Positions 40,240 to 50,599 of a DNA stretch of 64,000 bases are shown one piece after another. Under the pieces are notes generated by a model that was given only the letters and a program-made list of their open reading frames with translations, ran no database searches and was not told the DNA's origin. This DNA is from Longimicrobiales bacterium (GTDB lineage: Bacteria; Gemmatimonadota; Gemmatimonadetes; Longimicrobiales; Gaopeijiaceae). The DNA lies in NCBI GenBank assembly GCA_965203485.1, contig OZ241892.1, positions 1,088,001-1,152,000 on the forward strand, in the 5' to 3' direction. The number at the start of each line of letters is the position of its first letter. Position 1 is the first letter of the stretch. The position numbers were made by a program, and so were the translations under genes.

Positions 40240-40394
40240 CCGGCGGCGCCGAGCTGGCGGGGGGCGGGCCGCCACCGTCTCCACGGGGTGCGTCGGACGT
40301 TGCGGGACCGGTTGCCGCGGCGGCGGGGCCGGCCGGGGGGCGGCCGTCTGCGCCGGAGGCCCGGGGGACGCAGGGCGCGGCCGGGATTCGGAGC

Positions 40395-41270
40395 ATGACG
40401 GGATACGGGTCGGCCGCCGCGTTCCTCCGCCAGGAGCGCGTGCTGCGCGTGGAGGTCCGCTCGGTCAACCACAGGCACCTGAGCGCCGGCGTCCGCCTGC
40501 CGGGAGGGTGGGAGAGCCTCGAGAGCCTGGCCGTCGCCCGGATTCGGGCCGCGCTCAAGCGGGGACGCGTGTCGCTTTCGGCGCGATGCGGCGAGCGCGA
40601 TGCGGACGGGAACTCGCCGTTGCGGCTGGACGGGGAGCGCGTGGCCAGGGCGGCCGGGCTGCTCCGCGAGGCGTGCGCCGGCCTGGGGATCGACGACCGC
40701 CTGCGGCCCGGCGACTTGGCCAGGGTGCCGGGGGCGTGGCGCACCGACTCGGTCGCCGGGGAGCCTCCGGCGGAGGACGAGTTCGCGGGATGCGTGGACC
40801 GGGCCCTCGGGCGGGTGGCGGAGATGCGGGAGGCGGAGGGACGGCGGCTGGCGGACGCCCTCGGCGAGAGCGTCGCGAAGATCGCCGGGGCGGTGGACCG
40901 GATCGAGGCGCGCGCGCCGGAGCGGCTTGTGCGCCATCGCGACCGCTTGCGCGAGCAGGTGCGGGCGCTGGCGGAGGGAGTGGACGTGGACGAGGACCGG
41001 TTGGCGCGGGAAGTGGCCCATCTCGCGACGAAGTGGGACGTGGCCGAGGAGGTGGTGCGCCTGCGGTCGCACATGGAGCTGTTCCTGGAGGCGTTGCGGG
41101 CGGGTCCGGGGAATCCGGTGGGAAAGCGGCTCGAGTTCGTCGCCCAGGAGATGAACCGCGAGGCGAACACGATCGCGGCCAAGGCCAACGACGCGCCGAT
41201 GGCCGGGGCGGTGGTCGCGATCAAGGAGGAGATCGAGCGGATTCGCGAGCAGGCGGAGAACGTGGAGTGA
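40395..41270 (+). CDS. yicC: YicC/YloC family endoribonuclease
   Basis: MTGYG, EVRSVNHR, DVAEEVVRL.SH, GKRLEF..QEMNREANT and REQAENVE motifs. Confidence 0.95.
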   Translation: MTGYGSAAAFLRQERVLRVEVRSVNHRHLSAGVRLPGGWESLESLAVARIRAALKRGRVSLSARCGERDADGNSPLRLDGERVARAAGLLREACAGLGIDDRLRPGDLARVPGAWRTDSVAGEPPAEDEFAGCVDRALGRVAEMREAEGRRLADALGESVAKIAGAVDRIEARAPERLVRHRDRLREQVRALAEGVDVDEDRLAREVAHLATKWDVAEEVVRLRSHMELFLEALRAGPGNPVGKRLEFVAQEMNREANTIAAKANDAPMAGAVVAIKEEIERIREQAENVE

Positions 41271-42109
41271 CGGCGGGTCCGGGGTTCCTGGTGCTGGCGG
41301 GGCCGTCGGGAGCCGGCAAGACGACGATCGCGAGCGGTCTCGTGGAGCGCTGGCCGGAGCGCTTCGCGGTCTCGGTGTCGGTCACGACGCGGCCGGCGCG
41401 CCGGGGCGAGCGCGGAGGCGTCGAGTACCGCTTCGTGTCGCGGCGCGAGTTCGGCGCGATGATCGAGGCGGGCGAGCTGGCCGAATGGGCGGAAGTGCAC
41501 GGCGAATGCTACGGAACCCCGTTGCGCAATCTGTCGGGGGAGGAGTTGGACAGCGATGCCGGGCGGGGCAGGGGCGTCGGCCGGGGTGGCCGGGCGGCGT
41601 CGCCGGCCGGGCCGGGAATCGCCGCTCCCCCCGTTGTCCTGGTCCTCGACATCGATGTGCAGGGGGCCCGCCAAGTCGTGCGCCGGTCGCCGGAGGCCGT
41701 GGTTATGTTTGTCGTCCCCCCGGGGCCGGGGCCATGGCTTCGGCGGCTTCGCGGCAGGGGGACCGAGTCCCCTCGCCAGATCGCCGGGCGCCTTGCGACG
41801 GCCCTCCGCGAGCTGGAGGCGGCGGAGTCGCTCGCTCGCGCTCCGCAGTTCGGCGGCTTCGTGGTGAACGAGTCGGTGGACGGGGCGGTCTGCGAAGTCG
41901 TGGCGGCGGTGGACGGGTTCGGGCGGGCCGGACCCGCGGTGGGCCGGGCGAGGGGACGGGCGGGGGTGCGCGCCCTGTGCCTTCGCTTGGCGGAAGGGGC
42001 CCGGGCCGAGATCGAGCGGCTGGAGCGGGCCGGAGGAGACGGCGAGGCCGTCCGCGTCCGGCCGCAGGACGGCAGCGAAGCAGTCCCAGCAACAGGACGT
42101 GGAACATGA
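41267..42109 (+). CDS. gmk: Guanylate kinase
   Basis: GPSGAGKTT, SVTTR..R.GE, EWAEVHG..YGT and LDIDVQGA motifs. Confidence 0.93.
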   Translation: MTAGPGFLVLAGPSGAGKTTIASGLVERWPERFAVSVSVTTRPARRGERGGVEYRFVSRREFGAMIEAGELAEWAEVHGECYGTPLRNLSGEELDSDAGRGRGVGRGGRAASPAGPGIAAPPVVLVLDIDVQGARQVVRRSPEAVVMFVVPPGPGPWLRRLRGRGTESPRQIAGRLATALRELEAAESLARAPQFGGFVVNESVDGAVCEVVAAVDGFGRAGPAVGRARGRAGVRALCLRLAEGARAEIERLERAGGDGEAVRVRPQDGSEAVPATGRGT

Positions 42110-42318
42110 GAGTCTTTCCCCCGGAACTCGTGGCCGAGCACAACCAGAGCAAGTACTTGGGCGTGCTGGTGGCGGCCAAGTACGCTCGCGAGCTCAACCT
42201 GCTTCCCAGCGAGCCGCTCGGCGACCAGAAGAAGCTGACCACGCGCGCCCTCGAGGCGATCACGTCCGGGCAGGTGGACTACAGCCTGGTCGAGCGCAGG
42301 CGGCCGGAAACGGATTAG
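42106..42318 (+). CDS. rpoZ: RNA polymerase omega subunit
   Basis: 70 aa between gmk and coaBC; SKY..VLVAAK.AREL and K.TT.AL motifs. Confidence 0.85.
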   Translation: MRVFPPELVAEHNQSKYLGVLVAAKYARELNLLPSEPLGDQKKLTTRALEAITSGQVDYSLVERRRPETD

Positions 42319-42323
42319 GCGCG

Positions 42324-43577
42324 TTGGCGCTGCGCTCGGCGGTCGCGGACGTCCGCGAGCCGCGCCCGCCTTGGAAGGGCAAGAGGGTCGTGTTGGGCGT
42401 GTCGGGCGGCATTGCGGCCTACAAGGCGGTGCAGGTGGCCCGCGACCTGACGCTCCTGGGCGCGCTCGTGGACGTGGTCCTCACGCCGGCCGCCGCCGAG
42501 TTCGTGAGGCCGCTCTCGTTCGCCGGCGTCACCGGGCGCAGGCCGTTCCAGGCGCCCCTGGGCATCGGGCCGGACGGGGCGATCCATCTGGATTTGGCCC
42601 GGCAGGCGGACTGCGTGTGCGTGGCGCCCGCGACGGCGGACCTCCTCGCGCGGGCGGCGTCCGGCCGGGCGGGCGACCTGCTGGCGGCGGTTCTGCTCGG
42701 CACGCGGGCCCCGGTGCTGGTGGCGCCCGCCATGAACGACGCCATGTACGAGCACCCGCAGACGCAGGCGAACGTGGACCGGATCGAGGACGTGCTCGGC
42801 TACGTGCGCGTGGGGCCGGTGGAGGGACCGCTGGCGGCAGGCGAGGGCAGCGGGGCGGGGCGCATGGCGGACCCGTCCGCGATCGTGCAGGCCGTGGGAC
42901 GCGCGCTGGCGCCGGCCTCGCCGCTGGCGGGGGCGGCGGCGCTCGTGACCGCGGGACCCACGTGGGAACCGCTCGATCCGGTGCGCTGCCTGGGCAACCG
43001 CTCCTCGGGCAAGATGGGATACGCGGTGGCGGCGGCGGCGTGGCGGCGCGGCGCGGACGTCGTCCTCGTCTCGGGTCCCTCGGGCGAAGCGCCGCCTTGG
43101 GGGGTCGAGGTGATCCGGGTCGAGACCGCGCGGGAGATGCACGACGCCGTGATGGAACGGGCGGCATCCGCCGACGCCGTCGTTCACGCGGCCGCCGTTG
43201 CCGACTACCGGCCCAAGCAGGTCTCCGCCGAGAAGATCAAGAAGAGCGCCGCGGGGGACGAGATGGACGTGGACTTGGTGGCGAACCCGGACATCGCGGT
43301 GGAGTCGCGCAAGCGCATGCCGCCGGGAAGCGTGTCCGTGGGCTTTGCGCTGGAGACGTCGGACGTCGTGGCGAACGCGGAAGCCAAGCTGGCCCGCAAG
43401 GGCTTCGACTTCGTGGTCGCGAACCGGGCGGGGCGGGAGGGCGAGGGATTCGGCGCGGACACGAACCGCGCGGTCGTCGTCGAGCCGGGGCGCGAGCCGA
43501 GGGCGTTGCCGCTGATGTCCAAGGACGCGGTCGCCGAAGAGATCATGGACCTCGTCGAGGCGGCGCTCGAGCGATGA
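42324..43577 (+). CDS. coaBC: Bifunctional phosphopantothenoylcysteine decarboxylase/ligase
   Basis: GVSGGIAAYKA, APATAD, APAMN, TAGPT.E.LDPVR..GNRSSGKMG and AAVADY motifs. Confidence 0.96.
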   Translation: MALRSAVADVREPRPPWKGKRVVLGVSGGIAAYKAVQVARDLTLLGALVDVVLTPAAAEFVRPLSFAGVTGRRPFQAPLGIGPDGAIHLDLARQADCVCVAPATADLLARAASGRAGDLLAAVLLGTRAPVLVAPAMNDAMYEHPQTQANVDRIEDVLGYVRVGPVEGPLAAGEGSGAGRMADPSAIVQAVGRALAPASPLAGAAALVTAGPTWEPLDPVRCLGNRSSGKMGYAVAAAAWRRGADVVLVSGPSGEAPPWGVEVIRVETAREMHDAVMERAASADAVVHAAAVADYRPKQVSAEKIKKSAAGDEMDVDLVANPDIAVESRKRMPPGSVSVGFALETSDVVANAEAKLARKGFDFVVANRAGREGEGFGADTNRAVVVEPGREPRALPLMSKDAVAEEIMDLVEAALER

Positions 43578-44431
43578 GCGAGGCCGCCGAGCGCTTGGCC
43601 GTTCACTTGGACCAGCGGCGCCGGCTGGGCGAGCCGCCGGTCGTGCCTTCGGCCTTGTCCGCCGCCGAGTTCGTGATGGCGGCCTCGGCCGGGGCGGGCG
43701 GCCTTGATCGGTCCGCGGCGCCGAAGCGGGCGGGTGCGCCGGGTGCAGGCGGATCCGCCGCGTCTCGGTCGCGGGGCCGGTCTCGGTCTCCGGCTCCTGG
43801 GGACGGCGGCCGGGGCGCGGCCATGCTCGACTCGGCCGCCGCCCCCGCCGAGGACGACTTGCCCGGCCGCGCCGCGGCCGCGGGCTACGACGAGTTGCGC
43901 GAAATGGCGCTGGGATGCACGCGCTGCCGCTTGGCCAAGGAGCGCAAGCACGTCGTCTTCGCGGACGGCGCCCCGGATGCGGAGCTGGCCGTGGTGGGCG
44001 AAGCGCCCGGCGCGAACGAGGACGCGACTGGCCTGCCGTTCGTGGGCGAAGCGGGCAAGCTGCTCGATCTGATGCTGGCGTCGGTGGGTCTCTCGCGCGG
44101 CGAGTCGGTGTACATCTGCAACGTGCTCAAGTGCCGTCCGCCGGGAAACCGCAACCCGGCGCCCGACGAGATCGAGGCGTGCGCGCCCTTTCTGAAGCGG
44201 CAGATCGAGCTGGTGGCGCCGCGCGCCGTGCTGGCCGTGGGCGCGTTCGCCGCGAACCGCCTCACGGCGTCGCAGGCGTCTCTGGGCAAGTTGCGCGGCC
44301 AGGTGTACCGTTACGAAGGAGTCCCGCTGGTCGTCACCTATCACCCGGCGGCCCTGCTGCGCAACCCGGGCTGGGGCCGCAGGGCGTGGGACGACCTTCA
44401 GCTTCTGCGCCAGGAGATGGACCGGCAGTGA
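43574..44431 (+). CDS. Uracil-DNA glycosylase, family 4
   Basis: CTRCRL, VGEAPG..ED..G.PFVG, NVLKCRPP.NR and TYHPAALLR motifs. Confidence 0.93.
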   Translation: MSEAAERLAVHLDQRRRLGEPPVVPSALSAAEFVMAASAGAGGLDRSAAPKRAGAPGAGGSAASRSRGRSRSPAPGDGGRGAAMLDSAAAPAEDDLPGRAAAAGYDELREMALGCTRCRLAKERKHVVFADGAPDAELAVVGEAPGANEDATGLPFVGEAGKLLDLMLASVGLSRGESVYICNVLKCRPPGNRNPAPDEIEACAPFLKRQIELVAPRAVLAVGAFAANRLTASQASLGKLRGQVYRYEGVPLVVTYHPAALLRNPGWGRRAWDDLQLLRQEMDRQ

Positions 44432-44519
44432 CGAGGCGGCCGAGAGGCCGTCGAGGGGCGGGACCGGCGGCGAGACCGTCCGGGCGCGACCCACCCGCAA
44501 GAGCAGCGCGAGGACCAAG

Positions 44520-45920
44520 GTGAGCGAGGCGATTCCTCTTCAGCCCGAGCAGGCTCCGGCGTTCGACCGCGAGCCGCCGTTCGCGCCCGCGGCCGAGGCG
44601 TCGGTCCTGGGCGGGATGCTGATCGACGCCACCGCCGCGCCGCGCGCGCTCGAGGTCGTCGACGCCTCCATGTTCTTCCGGGAGGCGCACCGCCGGCTGT
44701 ACCGCGCCATGACTCGCCTGTTCGAGCGCGGCACGGCGCTCGACGTGATCACCGTCTCCGAAGAGCTCAAGAAGGAAGGCGAGCTCGACAACGCGGGCGG
44801 CCTGGAGTACTTGGCGTCGCTGCTGGACGCCGTGCCCACCGCCGCCAACATCGAGTACCACGCTCGCATCGTCCGCGAGAAGGCGCTGCTGCGCAGGTTG
44901 ATCGAGGCGGCCAACGCGATCGTGCAGGACGTCCACGACCCCGGCGAATCGAGCGCCGAGGATGTGCTCGACCAGGCGGAGCACCGCATCTTCGGCGTGT
45001 CGCAGTCCCGCGAGCGCGCGGGCTTCGTTTGGATCAAGGAGATCCTGTGGCCCACGTTCGAGCGCATCGAGCAGCTGCAGGAGTCGGCGGGCGGCGTTTC
45101 GGGGCTTCCCACCGGCTATGCCGACGTGGACCAGATGACCACGGGCCTGCAGCCGGGCGACTTGGTCGTCGTCGCGGGCCGTCCGTCGATGGGCAAGACG
45201 TCGTGGGCGCTCAACGTGTCGCAGTGGGTGGCGCTCAACCAGGGCGTCCCGGTCGCGATCTTCAGCCTTGAGATGTCGAAGGAGCAGCTGGCGCAGCGCT
45301 TCCTGTGCGCGGAGGGCCGCGTGGACGCGCAGAGGTTGCGCAAGGGCTCGCTTTCGGCCGAAGACCACCGGCGTCTGGCCATGGCCGCGGGCCGCTTGAA
45401 CACGGCCCCGATCTGGATCGACGACTCGGCCACGTCGAACGTGCTCGAGATGAAGGCCAAGTCCCGGCGTCTCAAGTCCGAATCCGACGTCGGCCTGATC
45501 GTCGTCGACTACATGCAGCTGATGTCGGCCCCGGGGGCGGGGCGCAACGACAGCCGCGTGCAGGAGATGAGCGACATTTCCAGAGGACTCAAGGGCCTGG
45601 CGCGGGAGATCGGCGTTCCGGTGATCGCGCTGAGCCAGCTGAGCCGCGCCCCCGAGCAGCGCACGAACCGCCGTCCCCAGCTGTCGGACCTGCGCGACAG
45701 CGGATCGATCGAGCAGGACGCGGACTTGGTGATGTTCCTCTACCGTCCCGAGTACTACGAGGGGCCGGAGGACAAGGACGGCGCCTCGCTGGAGGGCAAG
45801 GCCGAGCTCATCCTCTCGAAGCAGCGCAACGGCCCCACCGGCACGATCGACCTGTACTTCCACAAGGAGTTCACCCGCTTCGATTCCGTGGCGCGGGAGT
45901 CCGGCGCCGAAGGAGGGTAG
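44520..45920 (+). CDS. dnaB: Replicative DNA helicase
   Basis: AGRPSMGKT, FSLEMS, VDYMQLM, LSQLSR, DLRDSGSIEQDAD and KQRNGPTG motifs. Confidence 0.98.
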   Translation: MSEAIPLQPEQAPAFDREPPFAPAAEASVLGGMLIDATAAPRALEVVDASMFFREAHRRLYRAMTRLFERGTALDVITVSEELKKEGELDNAGGLEYLASLLDAVPTAANIEYHARIVREKALLRRLIEAANAIVQDVHDPGESSAEDVLDQAEHRIFGVSQSRERAGFVWIKEILWPTFERIEQLQESAGGVSGLPTGYADVDQMTTGLQPGDLVVVAGRPSMGKTSWALNVSQWVALNQGVPVAIFSLEMSKEQLAQRFLCAEGRVDAQRLRKGSLSAEDHRRLAMAAGRLNTAPIWIDDSATSNVLEMKAKSRRLKSESDVGLIVVDYMQLMSAPGAGRNDSRVQEMSDISRGLKGLAREIGVPVIALSQLSRAPEQRTNRRPQLSDLRDSGSIEQDADLVMFLYRPEYYEGPEDKDGASLEGKAELILSKQRNGPTGTIDLYFHKEFTRFDSVARESGAEGG

Positions 45921-45926
45921 GGCCGC

Positions 45927-46649
45927 GTGCCGGATGTCGCTTCGAAGCCGCCTCGTCCGGCGCGGGTCGTCGTGCTGGTGCCGGCGGCGGGATCGGGCCG
46001 GCGCATGGGGGGGACGCGCAAGCCGTTCCTGGCGCTCGGTCGGCGGACCGTGCTGGAGGAGGGCGTCTCGCGCTTCCTTCGCCGGCGCGAGGTCGTCCAG
46101 GTGGTCGTGGCGGCGCCGCGGGGGTTCTTCGACGAGGAGCCGGACGAGGCGGCGCGGCTCGAGGGCGGAGACGCGCGCATGCGCTTGGTGGAGGGGGGAG
46201 CCAGCCGGTTCGAGTCGGTCGAGCGCGCGTTCGCGGCGGCGCGGGCGGACGCGGACGTGGTGGCGGTGCACGACGGGGCGCGGCCGTTTCCGCCGGACGA
46301 CGCGATCGGGGCCTGCATCGCCTGCGCGGCGCAGGGGCGGGTGGCGGTGGCGGGGGTTCCGGTCGTCGACACCGTGAAGCGCGCCGACTCGTCGGGACGG
46401 CGGGCCGAGACGGTTCCGCGCGAGGGCCTTTGGCGCGCGCAGACGCCCCAAATGTTTCCGCGCCCGCTCTTCTCCGCCGCGCTGGCCCGGTGCAGGGAAA
46501 GCGGCGCCCGGCCGACCGACGACTCGTGGATGGCCGAGGCCATGGGCGAGTCCGTGCGGATGATCCGGTCGTCCTCCGCCAACCTCAAGATCACCCGTCC
46601 GGCGGACCTGCGCGTCGCCGAGTGCCTGTTGCGGTCGCGCCGGCGGTGA
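45927..46649 (+). CDS. ispD: 2-C-methyl-D-erythritol 4-phosphate cytidylyltransferase
   Basis: PAAGSGRRM, VHDGARPF, DTVK, AQTPQ and NLKIT motifs. Confidence 0.93.
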   Translation: MPDVASKPPRPARVVVLVPAAGSGRRMGGTRKPFLALGRRTVLEEGVSRFLRRREVVQVVVAAPRGFFDEEPDEAARLEGGDARMRLVEGGASRFESVERAFAAARADADVVAVHDGARPFPPDDAIGACIACAAQGRVAVAGVPVVDTVKRADSSGRRAETVPREGLWRAQTPQMFPRPLFSAALARCRESGARPTDDSWMAEAMGESVRMIRSSSANLKITRPADLRVAECLLRSRRR

Positions 46650-47923
46650 GCGGGCGGCGTCGCCTTTCCGCAGGGCCTCCGAGTCCGGCGGCGAGATCGT
46701 CCGGGCGCGTGTCCGGCGCGCGCCCGGCCTCCCGCGCGACGAAGTCCGAGTCCGGCCCGGCAGGCGCCCCCGCGCCGCCGCTCGCCCTGGCCGAGTGCGC
46801 GCGAGCAGTGCGCGCGGGCGAACTCGTCGTCCATCCGGCCGAGTCCGTCTACGGCTTCGGCGGAGCGCTCGATCCGCGCCCGCTGGAGGCATTGCGGGCG
46901 CTGAAGGGCCGCGCGTCCAGCGGATTCGTCGTGCTCGTCCCGCGCGTGGACGAAGTGGAGGAGCTGCTGGGCGCCGCCGGCCGCGCGTTGGCGGACGCGT
47001 TCTGGCCCGGTCCCCTGACCTTGGTCGTGGACGATCCCGCAGGCCGCTTTCCGTCGGGAGCGAAGGCGGCGGACGGTTCGGTCGCGGTGCGCGTTCCGGG
47101 GCGCGCGGAGACGCTGGCGCTCCTGGGCGAGGCGGGGCGGCCGATGACCTCGACCTCGGCCAACGCTCCGGGCGGGCGTCCGGCGGTCACGGCGGAAGGG
47201 GCTCTCGCCGCCGCGCGGGCGCTCGGCCGCGAGATGGCCGTCCTCGACGCGGGCCCGTTGTGCGGCGGGCCCGCGTCCACGTTGGTGCGCTTGGGGGCGC
47301 CGCGGCCCGCGGTGCTTCGCGAGGGCCGAGTGAGCGCGCGCGACGTGGCCAGGGCTCTCGGCGAGCCGAGCCCGGCGCCTCGCGACGTCGCCGCTTCGCC
47401 GCGCGGAGACGCCTTGCGCCCGGACACCGGCGCCGCGCGGCGCCCGTCCGCCGGCCCCGAGCCCGGGGCGGAGCCGTTCGTGGTCACCTTCGTTTGCACC
47501 GGCAACACGTGCCGCTCGCCGATGGCGGAGGCGATCGCCCGCCGCGCCTTCGACCGCAGGGGGATGAGCGGCTTCCACGCGCGCTCGGCGGGCGTGGCGG
47601 CGTGGCCGGGGGCTCCGGCGAGCGACGGCGCGTTGCGGGCGGCCGCGGAATCGGGCCTCGACTTGGAAGCGCACCGCAGCGAGCCGCTCTCCCGCGAGAC
47701 CGCGGAGTCGTCGAGCCTGCTGCTGTGCATGGGACGAAGCCACTTGGCCCGGACGGAGGCGCTGGGCGGCGGCGGAAGGTGCCGGTTGCTGAAGGAAATG
47801 GCGGGCGGGGGCGGCGAGGTGGCGGACCCCTTCGGGAGAAGCGACCGGGCGTATCGCGAGACGTTCGCCGAACTGGAGGCGGCGGTCGAGGCGGTCGTGG
47901 AGGGACTGGCGGGCCGTGCCTAG
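46646..47923 (+). CDS. TsaC/Sua5 threonylcarbamoyl-AMP synthase fused to a low-molecular-weight phosphatase
   Basis: P.ESVYG, LKGR, FWPGPLT and STSAN, then FVCTGNTCRSPMAE and VADPFG in the same frame. Confidence 0.88.
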   Translation: MSGRRRLSAGPPSPAARSSGRVSGARPASRATKSESGPAGAPAPPLALAECARAVRAGELVVHPAESVYGFGGALDPRPLEALRALKGRASSGFVVLVPRVDEVEELLGAAGRALADAFWPGPLTLVVDDPAGRFPSGAKAADGSVAVRVPGRAETLALLGEAGRPMTSTSANAPGGRPAVTAEGALAAARALGREMAVLDAGPLCGGPASTLVRLGAPRPAVLREGRVSARDVARALGEPSPAPRDVAASPRGDALRPDTGAARRPSAGPEPGAEPFVVTFVCTGNTCRSPMAEAIARRAFDRRGMSGFHARSAGVAAWPGAPASDGALRAAAESGLDLEAHRSEPLSRETAESSSLLLCMGRSHLARTEALGGGGRCRLLKEMAGGGGEVADPFGRSDRAYRETFAELEAAVEAVVEGLAGRA

Positions 47924-48716
47924 CGTCTTCGCCGTCCTGGGCGATCCGGTGTCGCACAGTCTGTCGCCGGCGTTGCACAACGCCGCGTTCCGCGCCGAGG
48001 GACGCGACGCCCGCTACGAGGCCCGCGCCGTGCCGGCGTCCGAGTGCGGCCGCGTGCTGCGCGAGCTGGCGCTGGGCGGCGGCGGCGGCAACGTCACCGT
48101 GCCGCACAAGGAACGAGTGCTGCCGTTCCTCGACCGCCGCACCTCCGCCGTGTCGGCCACCGGGGCGTGCAACACGTTCTGGGCCGTCGGCGCAGACGTG
48201 TGGGGAGACAACACCGACGTGGCCGGCTTCGAGGCCGCATGGCGCGCGGCGACGACGGGCCTGCACGGCTCCCTCGACGTGCTGGTGCTGGGCGCCGGCG
48301 GGGCCGCCCGTGCCGTCTTGGCCGTCCTGCTGGCGGATGCTCGCACGGCCAGGGCAGGGGTCTGGAACCGGACGCGCGAGCGAGCGGAAGGCGTGCTGCG
48401 CCACTTCGGCGGCGAGCGGACCGCCTTGGCCTGGGACTGGAGGCGAAGCAGGGCGCAGGCGGTGGTGAACGCCACGTCGGCGGGCATGAACGGCGGGGCG
48501 CCGCCGATCGACCTCGAGCGTCTCGCGGAGCGGCCTCGCGTCGTCGTCGATCTGGTGTACTGCGACGGGGGGACGGCGCTCGTGCGGCAGGCGCGGCGCA
48601 TGGGCGTCGCGGCCGCCGACGGGCGCGAGATGCTCGTGCGGCAGGCGGAAGCGTCTTACGCGCGCTGGTTCGGAGCGCCGCCCCCCGAGGGAGTCATGCG
48701 ATGCGCGCTCGGGTAG
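47916..48716 (+). CDS. aroE: Shikimate dehydrogenase
   Basis: HSLSP, NVTVPHK, NTD, GAGGAARA, NRT and DLVY motifs. Confidence 0.94.
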   Translation: MPSVFAVLGDPVSHSLSPALHNAAFRAEGRDARYEARAVPASECGRVLRELALGGGGGNVTVPHKERVLPFLDRRTSAVSATGACNTFWAVGADVWGDNTDVAGFEAAWRAATTGLHGSLDVLVLGAGGAARAVLAVLLADARTARAGVWNRTRERAEGVLRHFGGERTALAWDWRRSRAQAVVNATSAGMNGGAPPIDLERLAERPRVVVDLVYCDGGTALVRQARRMGVAAADGREMLVRQAEASYARWFGAPPPEGVMRCALG

Positions 48717-49558
48717 ACCGCGGGCTGGAGCGGGCGGGCGCCGGGGCGCCGGGGCGTCCTCCCGCGTCCGGCTCGGGGCGGCGGGGCGTCGCGGTCGCGC
48801 GCTTGGCGGCCGTCCTCGACTTCCTGCTCCCGGCGGCGTGCGCGGGTTGCGGGGGAGCGGTGGACGACGCCTCGTATCCGGGGCCGGTCTGCCGCGGTTG
48901 CCGCCTGGGGTTGCCCGCCGTCCCGTTGCCGCTCTGCGAGCGTTGCGGAGCGCCGTCGGGGGCCGGCCGGGCGCCCGCGTGCCTCGAATGCGCCGACTGG
49001 CCGGCGGCGCTTCACGGCGCCCGCGCCGCGTGTCTCCTGCAGTCGCCGGCCCGCGAACTGGTCCATGCGCTCAAGTACCAGGGCTGGCGCGGCGCGGGAG
49101 CGTTCATGGGCGCCGAGATGGCCCGGCGAGCCGGTCCCGCCGTGCGCAAGGCCGAGCGCCTGGTTCCCGTGCCCACTTCCGCTCGCAACAGGCGCCGCCG
49201 CGGCTACAACCAAGCCCGGGTGATCGCCGACGCGATGGGGGCCGCGCTCGGCGTGCCGGTCGCGGAATGCCTCGAACGGCGGCGCCAGCAGGGCACGCAA
49301 ACGGCCTTGAACCCGGAGCAGCGCAGGGCTAACGTCAGTAGCGCGTTCGCGCTGGTGCAGGGCGGGGAGCGCGACGTCGAGGGTCGCCGAGTCGTCTTGG
49401 TGGACGACGTGCTGACGACCGGCGCCACGGTCCTCGCCGCGTTCGGGGCGTTGGCCCCGGCGGGGCCGGCCGGAGTGTTCGCCTATGCGTTCGCCCGCGC
49501 GGTGCCCATGTCGGGCCCCGACGCGGACGGCGTTCCTCACCTTCCGGAGCTGAGATAG
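48701..49558 (+). CDS. ComF family protein (double zinc ribbon + PRTase; start uncertain)
   Basis: Four CxxC motifs; LKY, VPVP, RGYNQA and LVDDVLTTGAT. Confidence 0.9.
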   Translation: MRARVDRGLERAGAGAPGRPPASGSGRRGVAVARLAAVLDFLLPAACAGCGGAVDDASYPGPVCRGCRLGLPAVPLPLCERCGAPSGAGRAPACLECADWPAALHGARAACLLQSPARELVHALKYQGWRGAGAFMGAEMARRAGPAVRKAERLVPVPTSARNRRRRGYNQARVIADAMGAALGVPVAECLERRRQQGTQTALNPEQRRANVSSAFALVQGGERDVEGRRVVLVDDVLTTGATVLAAFGALAPAGPAGVFAYAFARAVPMSGPDADGVPHLPELR

Positions 49559-49561
49559 CAG

Positions 49562-50578
<1,017 letters not shown>

Positions 50579-50599
50579 GGGCCGGGGGGGAGCCCGCCG

